Source: Gammaproteobacteria bacterium
GTDB taxonomy: Bacteria > Pseudomonadota > Gammaproteobacteria > Xanthomonadales > SZUA-5
DNA length: 64,000 nucleotides
Assembly: GCA_030430155.1 (NCBI GenBank)
Contig: JAUIFV010000003.1
Location: forward strand, 7,166-71,165
Direction: 5' to 3'
Shown piece by piece: positions 22,101 to 30,000 of the stretch. Each line of letters begins with the position of its first letter. Positions within the stretch are counted from its first letter, which is position 1. Both the position numbers and the translations under genes were made by a program. The notes below the pieces were generated by a model. It had not been told where the DNA came from and did not search any database. It saw only the letters and a list, made by a program, of their open reading frames with translations.

Positions 22101-24090
22101 GGGCAAAGCTGTCCGGATCGGAGCTGGCCAGGGTGCTGTCGGTGACCACCAGATCGGGCAGATAGTATTGAATCCCAACTGGGCGCAAACCGACATCAAC
22201 GATGTCGCGGGTCTCCAGCGGCAGCAGCGGGACCAGCAGATTCGCCGGCTCGAAGGCATCGGCACTGAATCGCAACTCGGTCAGCGGGCCGACCAGATTG
22301 CGCACCTCGAACAAGCCATCTTCATCGCTGCGAATGACCTGCTGACCGGAGGGATCGATCACGATCACCGTGGCGTTGAAAATGGGTGCGCGACTGCCCT
22401 GATTGATCACGCGTCCGCGAATCACCGAGCGATTGGCACCGACCGGCGAGGTGCCTTCCGGGTACATGGTCGGTGAGAACTGCAACACCTGACCGCCAAT
22501 CAGCGGCGAACTGATGTCCACCGGGTCATAACCGCTCAAACCAGCCTGCAGGCTGACCAGTGCGCCTGGCTCGACGTTCAACGTGTAGCTGCCATCTGCT
22601 GCCGAGGTGGTGCTGACCAGCGGAGCGCCGCCGGTTACCGCGATGCTGACGCCAGCTAGCGGGGTGCCGCCGGGATGTTCGGTGACGATGCCGCGCACCA
22701 GGGCAGTACTCAGACCAGGGTCGGCAGAAAGCTCGAGCGAGAACTCAATAACGGTGCTCGGGGTCATCTCGAATTGCACCTGCCGGCTGGAATAACCGAC
22801 CGCTGTGGCATTCACCACCACCGGACCCACGGGCACCTGCAGGAACTGGTAGCGGCCGGTGCTGTCGCTGATGACCGTGGTTGGCGGCGACTGCAGACTG
22901 ATGGTCGCGCCAGCGATGGGCGCGCCGCCATCGGCGTCCGTCACCAGCCCGCGAATGATGCCGAACTGCGCGGTCGGACCGGTGTCCTGAGTCATGCGCA
23001 GATCGCCTAGCGCCAGCGTTGTGCCGTCAATCAGAGTGAATTCCAGCAGCAAGCTGCGCATTCCCAGGAAGGCCAGCTCGGCGCTGTAGGCTCCGGCGGG
23101 CAGCGAATTGGATTGCATTCGACCCATATTGTTGCTGACCAGCGTGGCGCTGGAAGCGCCGCTCAAGGTCAAGGTCGCGCCGGTAATCGGCAAGTCGGTA
23201 TCTGCGGCCAGCACCCTGGCGGTCAGCCCCGATTGCGCCGGCGGCAGCTCGGGCTGCTCGTACAACCAGAGTGCGCGGAGCGCCGTGGCGGTGACGAATG
23301 CATCGCCAGCGAAACTGCCGTCGGCCTGCTGCATCGCCCATAGGGCGTCGGCGACCGGCTGCTGGCTGGCCCTGGTGACGTCCATGGTCAGCAAGGACTC
23401 CAAGGCCAGTGCGGTTTCGAAGTCGTCGCCATAGGCGTCGGCTGCACGTTGGGCGAGCAAGAAATCGCGCGCCATGTTGATCTGGGTGGCGATACCGAAG
23501 CGGTTGCGGTATGGCACCAGCTGGCGCGCCACTTGGCTGGTCACAAAGACCGACGGCAGATTGCCAGCCGCAGCCTGCCAGCCGCCACTGGCGGTCTGCG
23601 TGTTGAGCAGATAGTTCAGCGCCAATGACGCTTTCGCGCCGTTGCCCTGCCCGTTCCGATCCAGCACCGCCAGCGCCCAGGCTGTCGTCAGCGCCTCGCT
23701 TTGCAAACCCGGCAATGTTGCAAAGCCACCATCCAGGTTTTGCTGAGTCAAGAGTTCGGTGATCTGGCTCGCCGCGCTCTGCCCCTGATCCAGGCGGATC
23801 CAAGCCTGCCGAGCCAGAGACATATTGCTTTCGTCGCGCTCGCTGCGCGCCGCATCACGCAGCTGCGCAAAGTTGCTTTGAGCCGCCAGCGCACTGACGG
23901 TGAGCCAAGCCTCCGCGTTGGTGTCGGCAGCAGCTGCAATATCACTGGGCTGGTGGACGCCGGCCGCTGTCTGCCGCGCCTGCAGCCAGGCCATGCCGGA
24001 ATCCAGATCGGCGGCGGCCAGCGCCGGCAGCAATAGCAGCAGGCTTGCGATGCAGGTACGCAGTTGGCGGGAGTAGGACCGGAGGCTCAT
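16174..24090 (-). CDS. giant multidomain surface protein: signal peptide, prenyltransferase/terpene-cyclase-like toroid, CarboxypepD_reg-like domains, CARDB, FG-GAP/VCBS beta-propeller, 8 Calx-beta-like repeats, C-terminal TM tail
   Basis: 2638-aa ORF. Signal peptide: LLLLLPALAAADL. Toroid-like repeats: QNLDGGFATLPG, TQTASGGWQAAAG, QQADGSFAGD. CarboxypepD_reg-like units: GLVTDADGGAPIAGATISL..SDSTGRYQF. FG-GAP calcium-binding loops: GDLDNDGIAEIVVV, IDLDADGLPEILVS, FDFENDGLYEVLHV, ADVDGDKEAEFIVV. The ATG overlaps the upstream gene stop (ATGA at 24087-24090). Confidence 0.9.
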   Translation of the reverse strand: MSLRSYSRQLRTCIASLLLLLPALAAADLDSGMAWLQARQTAAGVHQPSDIAAAADTNAEAWLTVSALAAQSNFAQLRDAARSERDESNMSLARQAWIRLDQGQSAASQITELLTQQNLDGGFATLPGLQSEALTTAWALAVLDRNGQGNGAKASLALNYLLNTQTASGGWQAAAGNLPSVFVTSQVARQLVPYRNRFGIATQINMARDFLLAQRAADAYGDDFETALALESLLTMDVTRASQQPVADALWAMQQADGSFAGDAFVTATALRALWLYEQPELPPAQSGLTARVLAADTDLPITGATLTLSGASSATLVSNNMGRMQSNSLPAGAYSAELAFLGMRSLLLEFTLIDGTTLALGDLRMTQDTGPTAQFGIIRGLVTDADGGAPIAGATISLQSPPTTVISDSTGRYQFLQVPVGPVVVNATAVGYSSRQVQFEMTPSTVIEFSLELSADPGLSTALVRGIVTEHPGGTPLAGVSIAVTGGAPLVSTTSAADGSYTLNVEPGALVSLQAGLSGYDPVDISSPLIGGQVLQFSPTMYPEGTSPVGANRSVIRGRVINQGSRAPIFNATVIVIDPSGQQVIRSDEDGLFEVRNLVGPLTELRFSADAFEPANLLVPLLPLETRDIVDVGLRPVGIQYYLPDLVVTDSTLASSDPDSFALDSQFTVEIANRGSASLTQDYTLIAFVDGNGNGIFDSAIEPEVGRVRATEDLPVGGSASVDIAVRAQLSFRDAPVAFWADAELEIPEQEESNNTGSSLLGCQVTPAFIAQDTVQLAWHWEGLSSDPQINSVVQVPSVVQLSDDNGDGVINQYDIPDIVFVAGQRNAINPSRTALVALSGDDGRELWSRTDIVLSHFSSPAVGDLDNDGIAEIVVVRGYRQEIIAFENDGTLKWRQPTGGPGIGNFFIGPEPYVFDQPVIVNLEGDSEAEVIYGRAAFSGFDGERLWIGEFDAGGLIGGLPTPFPLRIANSVAAIAADVDLNGVVDVLAGRTLYDVEGRAIWHRGDINPEVGVDFDDTEYGRSAMTALGNFDLDDFAEIVLVADDDLYLLEHTGETIWGPKSAPDFNYMGSPAVIDLDADGLPEILVSSTTRLTVFESDGTVKWDVAIDDAGGITTPTVFDFENDGLYEVLHVDNTDIRILDARTGAQLFRTRNNSNTVLENPVVADVDGDKEAEFIVVSSDNDFQTGNTQGIRVFEAAGGAWADAGSVWGSHSFHVNEINEDSTIPLLETPSWLTHNTYRVQRSPLPDPLGMPDFSVGDLRLIDQGPGNNPVVQVRVGNAGPVESHEPPYIGIYRGEPDAGGTLLNEIRLDTLRPARFQIVSLGEVNLAGSGDLYAVVDQRARARECREENNRRVIPFSATNGRGDLQLSTDRVSYRPGDLVQLSAQVSNTGGLTADYVVEWAIRNGAGQTTASFDPEGFVAIPAAGSELRSRDWSSAGSLAGNYVLFGRLLNAQGAVIDTAMANFSIAGDVSGPAGSIALAASKDLYGPSEVALLSYRAQNLSDSESIRRPEVLISVNGPDGYTLQRTIALNDLFAGAFVDGQISVDGAFAAGAYSATARLRSALTGFEYDQASASFARVADAGDAVQGLVDVALAQIAAGQPQTCLYTARSLGPQPLLGVQLRQRAVDLQTATVHFEQVVTIDLQPGSDFVGSQLLSTSGYLAGDHACLLEVAQSDGSWRLLDSEPFVVTGPPPAEIIVTPLFGLITSEAGQSAEFSVRLSRAPSAEVNVNLQSSDSSEWLLPVTSLSFTPANWELPRTVTVQGVDDDLVDGTQQGSIEVLPATSADPDFDGVDGPDVLIENLDDDPAQVWVTPLLVETSETGTTATFTVQVNAEPTAPLLIEMLSSDSSEWSIEPTELVIDALNWTEAQSVVVTGVDDSELDGTIQGSIILAPVDSTDLRFAGIDPDDVFARNLDDEAPMIIVEPTSLITAEGGTAENFVVRLSAAPSAPVTIAIGPVDSSEWQILDLQVVLDAGNWQAGYSVVVTPVDDNQVDGDQTALLALLPAASADPNYAGIDPPDVQLTNLDNDAAQILVMPTQGLITDEGGASASFSVSLTEAPIAAVSVSLVNPDPSEFALDVTEVVFAAGATAPVVVTITGVDDAIADGNVLGAIDLQSAVSDDNRYAGIDPPNVRVTNLDNEVAQVVVLPSGSVETSETGTTANIELRLTAQPAAEVSIALSNPDSSEWSLSQDQIIFSTDNWNAPQVVVVTGVNDFEIDGDVLGVIDLAPAVSADPVYNGLDPANVPAINRDDDLPAEVNLTPTDGIETDEGGSTALITLSLSTQPSAPVRFPLTNPDPSEWSFDQIELVLDGDNWQDGQSLTVTGVDDDLVDGDISDLIVIGAAVSDDERFAGIDPPDVPALNRDDDVALVIEPVDLETSESGDGGRFSIRFNRAPSGEVRLAISSANEAEITLAPLELVFNADNGTAPQEVLLSGVDDRVDDGDQTVDLNIVVGSSEDPDFADLAETLQATNLDDDEAAIELLLTGPAQITEGESTDLSLRLLTEPVAPVQLTVAAMIAPPGEPDALDFVLEPLQLSFNPDSWNDPQPLLLQTSDNERVNGEQIIVVGIAAIQTEDPIYAALGSDEVEVTVIDLGETLILYPIPANRQLIWLLLLISALGLLAIHQRGQP
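16177..16284 (-). other. C-terminal sorting-signal-like tail (short motif, TM helix, basic/polar end)
   Basis: GETLILYPIPANRQLIWLLLLISALGLLAIHQRGQP. Its layout resembles IPTL-CTERM/PEP-CTERM-type C-terminal sorting domains (IPxx motif, hydrophobic helix, Arg near the end). Confidence 0.45.
16285..18993 (-). repeat. eight tandem ~113-aa Calx-beta-like repeats (coding)
   Basis: The units start AEIIVTPLFGLITSEAGQSAEF, AQVWVTPLLVETSETGTTATF, MIIVEPTSLITAEGGTAENF, AQILVMPTQGLITDEGGASASF, AQVVVLPSGSVETSETGTTANI, EVNLTPTDGIETDEGGSTAL, LVIEPVDLETSESGDGGRF, IELLLTGPAQITEGESTDL. Each contains SSEW...NW...V.VTGVDD..VDG and ends in N(L/R)DDD. Confidence 0.8.
20440..21720 (-). other. FG-GAP/VCBS beta-propeller region (approximate bounds)
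   Basis: Repeated D-x-D/N-x-DG-x-x-E loops were located on the sequence. For example, codons for HFSSPAVGDLDND lie at ~21481-21520 and PVVADVDGDKEAEFIVV at ~20530-20600. Confidence 0.7.
22170..23230 (-). other. four CarboxypepD_reg-like (transthyretin-like) beta-sandwich units (approximate bounds)
   Basis: The units begin GLTARVLAADTDLPITGATLTL, IIRGLVTDADGGAPIAGATISL, LVRGIVTEHPGGTPLAGVSIAV and VIRGRVINQGSRAPIFNATVIV. Confidence 0.6.
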
Positions 24091-27000
24091 GGGTTGAGTG
24101 ACTCGTAACCGTTGGCAAAGATGGGATCGGGCGGTGGCGTGGCGTTCATCAACAGGTCCACCTGTGCCTCCGCTGCGGCGCCGCTGGGATCGGCAACGCG
24201 ATAACGGAAGCTCTCCTGCGCCGGCCGTGGGTTGGGCGGCAGGTAGTTGAGCGAACCATCCAGACCCAGATTGAGCTGCCCTTGCGCAGGCGGCACCACA
24301 ACGGTCGCCACCAGCGTGTCAGTGTCTGGATCGCTGTCATTGGTGAGCACGCCTTGGGCTGCCGCAACGGTCAGGTCCGCACCGTCTGGGACCACGTAGA
24401 CGTCCGCATTGGCCGTCGGCGGGTCGTTCACCGGCTGCAGGGTGATTTCCACCTGCACCGGCAGAGAGCTCAACTCGCCATCGCTGACTTCATACTCAAT
24501 GACGAAGCTGCCGTGGCTGTCCCGAGCCGGGGTATAGCGGACATGGCCACCGTCGAATTGCTCCAGTACGCCCAGGCTGGGCGCAGTCAGGATATGCAAA
24601 GTCAGCGGTTGTCCCTCGGGATCGAAATCGTTGGCCAGCAGACTGTCCAGATCTCGCGTATCAAGGACCGTATCTTCCGGCAGCAGGAACTGCTCACCGA
24701 CCGCGACCGGTCGCTGATTGGGACTCTGCGTGACGTCGATTACCGCCCGGCCCAGCGTGGTGTCGGTGCCGTCGTCTGCCAGATAGGCGAATTCATCGCG
24801 ACCATGGAACTGCGAATCCGGAAGGTAGTCGAAAGCGCCGTCAGGCTGCAGCGACAAGGTGCCGTGCGCGGTTGGCGCGGATAGCTGCGACGTCAGTAAA
24901 TCACCCTCGATGTCGGAATCGTTGCTCAGCACGCCTTGCGCGGCCGGCACGCTCAACAATTGCCCCTGCACCAGCTGGTACATGTCGGTTTGCACCAAGG
25001 GTGGATCGTTGACCGGCATGATGGTGATCTCTGCCACCACCTCGTTGCTTTGCAGATCCCCATCGCTGACCCGGTAGCTGAACTGATCAGCACCGTGGTA
25101 ATTCGCGCTTGGCTGGTAGTTGAACGCCTGAGCGTTGACGACTAGCGCACCGTTGACCGGGGCAACCGTAACAACGACCGACAGCGGGTCGCCGTCGGGA
25201 TCACTGTCGTTGGCGGTCAGCGGACCCACCGCAGCGCTGCTCAGCTCCTGATCCTCGTTGATCTGGAAAGTCTCGCCCTGGGCCACCGGCGGCTGGTTGA
25301 CCGCGGCATTGATCTGAATGGTGACCTCGGCCAGGTCCAGCGCCAGCTGGTCAGTCGCCGCGTAGCGGAAGCGGTCGGTGCCGGCGAATTCCGGCGCCGG
25401 CTGGTATTGGAAAGCGCCGTCTGGCTGCACCTGCACCTGACCGTGCAGCGGCGAGTCCACCAGTTCCACCTGCAGCGTATCGCCGTCAACGTCGCTGTCG
25501 TTGCTGAGCAGGCCGCTGTTGGCGTCGACAATCAGATTCTGCTGCGCTGGTCCCTGATAGAGATCGTCGCTGGCGACCGGCGGATCGTTCTGCGCGAAAA
25601 CATTGATGGTCGCGGTCGCCGGCTGGGACAGCAACTGGCCGTCAGATACCCGATAGCTGAATTGATCGATGCCATTGAAGTTCTGATCGGGCGCATAGAC
25701 GAACTCACCGTCACTCTGCACGCTGAGCTGGCCGTTGCTGACGTTAGTCTCCAGAATCAGGCTCAATACTGCGCCTTCGAAATCGCTATCGTTGGCCAGC
25801 AAGCCGCCAACGAAAGCCGAATCCAACACGCCGTCTTCAACCATGCCGAACTGCTCACCGTTGGCAATGGGCGGCAGATTGGCCACTGCGCGCACGTCCA
25901 GATCAACTCGCGCCAGTTCGCTGACGCCATCGGCGCTGGCGGCGTAGGTGAAGCCATCGGCACCACTGAAACCAGGGTTGGCGGTGTAGCTGAAGCCGCC
26001 ATCAGCCGACAGATTGACGCTGCCGTGGCTGGGCGGCAGGACCAGCGAGGCGGTCAGGGCCGGCGCGCCGCTGACGCTGTCGTTGGCCAGCACGCCGGGA
26101 GCTGAAACGCTCACTCCGGGCGCATCGAAAGCGTAGAAATCGTCAGCCACGGTGACCGTCACCGTGCTGCCGACTTCCTCGACCACGATGCTGACGGTTG
26201 CCGAAGCGACCTCGCCCAGCCCGTCATCGACCTGATACTGGAACTGGTCCACACCGCTAAACAGCCCGTCGGGCTGATAGCTGAAGGCGCCATCCGGATC
26301 GAGTTGCACCAGGCCGTGCTGCGCCGGCCCGATCAAGGCGGCGATCAACGTCGGTCCGTCAACGTCGCTGTCGTTTGCCAGCACCCCTTCAGCGGCGCTG
26401 ACGATCAGGCTCTGATCCTGGGATGTCTGGTAACTGTCGGGGTTGGCCTGCGGCGCATCGTTGACCGCTGTCAGCAGCACCTCGACCATCTCGTCCGTGA
26501 ACAGATTTGACTCGTCGTAGACCCTGTATCCGAACTCATCGCGTCCATTGAAATCCGGATCCGGCGTGTAGGTGAAGGCCCCATCGACCTCAACCGAAAC
26601 GCTGCCATGAGCCGCAGGAATCACCACCTGGGCGTTGGTCAGCTGTTCACCGTCGACTTCGCGGTCATTGCGGAGTATGCCTTGTGGGGTGAAAGCCACC
26701 AGAACCTCATCTTCCATACCCCGGTAGGTGTCGGGTTCAGTCACCGGCGCGTCGTTGACCGGCAGTACACTGATGGCCACCCGACCCACATTGATTCCTC
26801 CGAAGGGATCGGATACTCGATAGAAGAACTCGTCCTGACCGTTGAAATTCTCGTCCGGCGTGTACTCGAAGGCGCCGGATTGGAAGATGCTCACACTGCC
26901 AAAACAGGGCGCGCATCCTGAGCTTGACGATCCGGCGCGCAGCGTGTCGCCGTCCACGTCCAAGTCGTTGGCCAGCAAGCCTTCGGCCGCGGGGACGATC

Positions 27001-30000
27001 AGTGTGGTGTCTTCATTCACCACATAGGCATCGTCTACCGGTGTGGGCGGGGTGTTGACGCGAATCTGCGCGGTGACCGGATCACTGTAGCGGCCGGTGG
27101 CATCGAGGCCGCGGTAGGTGAAGGTATCCAAGCCGGAGTAGTCAGCATTCGGCGTGTAGGTGAAGGTGCCTAGCGCGGTGAACGACAGGCTGCCGTTGCT
27201 GGGCGGCGCGTTCAGCTCGGCGGTGATGGGAAGCAGGTCTATCCCGGTCGCTGCCGCCCAAGGGTTATGACCTGGGCCGGGTCGGGTATCCGGATCCCAA
27301 TCATTGTTCAGAACGCCGTCAGCAGGGCTGCCGACCACGAGCTGCGTATTGCGTTGGGTCAGATACTTGTCCTGCAAGCCGCGAGGCGCATCTGGTACGC
27401 CGGCCACTTCGACGTCGATCCTTCCCTTTACCTGCAGCACGGTACCGTCGGTGATGTAGTACTCGATGTAAGCCGAGCCGTAGAAGTCTGACGTCGGCTC
27501 GAGCGTGGTCGTGGTCGGGTTCTGCCGGTCATCTACACGCAACCAAACGGGTCCATTGCGGCCGATGAAACGGTCGCTCGTGTAAGCAATCGGATCGCCG
27601 TCCGGATCCACATCATTGGCCAGCGGGGTCGGAATGGCGTCCTGCAGCGTATCTTCGGTCAAGTTGTAGAAATCATCCCCGGCCACCGGTGGACCATTGA
27701 CGCGCAGGGTAACGATCGCGGTGTCGAAGATGCCGGTATCAACCTGCGTAACTCGGTAGACCACCTGATCCGTACCGGCAAAATTTTGTTGCGGTGTGTA
27801 GCGGAACCGTCCGGTCTGCGGATTGATCTCCGCAAATCCGAACTGGCCTTGCTGCTCGATGGAGAACTCGACCGGGAACTCAGGGTCGTATTCGTCGTTG
27901 AAGGAAACCTGGCTGCGAGCGCCCAGTGGCTCGAAAACGGTGTTTCTCAACACGCCGTAGAAATCGTCTTCGCACCGCACGCCATCGTTTACTGGCTCGA
28001 CCGTCAAACTGACGATTGCGGCATTGCTGGCACTGGTGCCGTCAAAAACCTCATATATGAAGAAAGTCTCGCCGCTGAATCCCGGCCACGGGCGGAAGCT
28101 GAAACTACCGTCCAGGTTCAGGGTCACGTCGACTCCGCGATTGGTCAGCGGCTGGAAATCGACACCGACCAAGAATGCCTGCAACTGCTCTGGCGGCGTG
28201 TCGGCATCAGTGTCGTTTGCCAGCACACCTTCGCTGGCTGGTACGACGAGATCAGTATCCTCAAGCGCAATGTATTCATCCGGCTCGGCGCGCGGCAAGG
28301 AGGTAATGCCGATAGCCAGAGTGACCGTCCCGAAGTTGGACAACGATAGTCCGTCGCTGGCGCGGTAGGTAAAGACGTCCAGGCCTTGATAGCCCAGCTC
28401 TGGCACAAACAGGAAGGTGCCGTCCTCGTTCAAACTGAGCTGTCCGTGCGCCGGCGGTTCGACCAGCACAGCGGTCAGCGGGTCGCGTTCCGGCGCGTCG
28501 TGGTCGTTGATCAGCAGGCCCAGATCCGGGTCGGTGATTTCCAAGGGCGTATCGACATCGACCAGATAGACATCATTGGTGGCGGTCGGCGGCTGGGTGA
28601 CATCGATCCGGACTTCGCCTTCGGCGCTTCCTCCGTCGCCGTCTTCCAGCGTGTAGCGGAAGGTGTCCAGCCCGCGGTAATTGACTTCCGGCACGTAGTT
28701 GAAACTGCCGTCCGTCCGCAGGGTCAGCAAGCCATGCTCAGGGGGCACGAGCAGCACGGCGGAGAGAACGTCACTATCCACATCCAGGTCATTGGCAAGG
28801 ACGCCGGGCGCAACCACCACCAAATCGACGTTCTCATCGGTGAGATAGCGGTCGGTGGTGGCCAGCGGTGGATCGTTGACGGGCCTGACCAGGATCGTGA
28901 CCAACGCCGAGGGCGAGGTCGTGACGTTGTCGCGCAGCTGATAGCTGAACTGATCGGTGCCGCTCCAGTCGGCGTTGACCGGCGTGTAGATGAAGCTGCC
29001 ATCGTGGTCAGCAATCAGCGTGCCATGATCGGGAGCATCGCTGATCAGGATCTGGACTGCGCCCTGGGCCACGACGACATCGTTGGCGAGCAGACCCGGT
29101 GCATCAACGAATAGCACCTCGCCCTCATCCATGCTGTAGCTGTCGGCGACCGGCGCCAGCGAATCATTGACGTCGATGGTTACTATGGCTTGATCGACCA
29201 GACCTGAAGGATCGGCAATCTCGTAGGTGAAACTGGCAGTTCCGACGAATCCGGTCGGCGGCGTGTAGCTCAGCGCGCCGTCGCTACTGAGCGATAGGGA
29301 GCCTGCCGTCGGCGGGGCCAGTGCGCGCGCGATAAGGGGGTCACCATCAGGATCGCTGTCGTTGACAAGCACACCTGGCGCCGCCAGCTGCAGTGACGTA
29401 TCACGCTCGATGACGTACTGGTCATCGACAGCTGCGGGCGGATCGTTGACGCCAATTACAGTGATCGTAACCGTCGCCGGCAGTGACGCCCCAACGTCAC
29501 TTCGAATGCGGTAACGGAAGCTGTCAGTGCCTGCTGATCCGTTGGGCACGTAGCTGAACCCACCATCGGCTTGTAGCGCCAGCGTGCCAAGTGCCGGCAT
29601 GCTGACAACTTCGGCCGATGCGCTGGACCCGGCATTGATGACGTCATTGGATAGCACGCCTGACAACCCATCGACCGTTAACGCCGCCGAATCCAGCGTC
29701 GAGTAGCTGTCGTCACGGGCGTCGTGTGGTTCGACCACGCTCAACGTGACGATGGTGGCCGCACCCACCTGTTGACCGGCGCCGGCGGAGTATTCAAATC
29801 GATCCTGGCCGGCGAAATCGGCATCGGGCTGATAGACAAAGGCACCATCGGCAGACAGGTTCAAGGTGCCGAACTGCGGCAGCGCGCGCAGCACGGCGAA
29901 CAACGTCCCGCCCAGGGGGTCGATGTCATTGAGCAAAACACCTTCGGCGCTGCCCACCACCAGAGCGGCGTTGCTAACGCCTTGATAGCCGTCGGGATTG

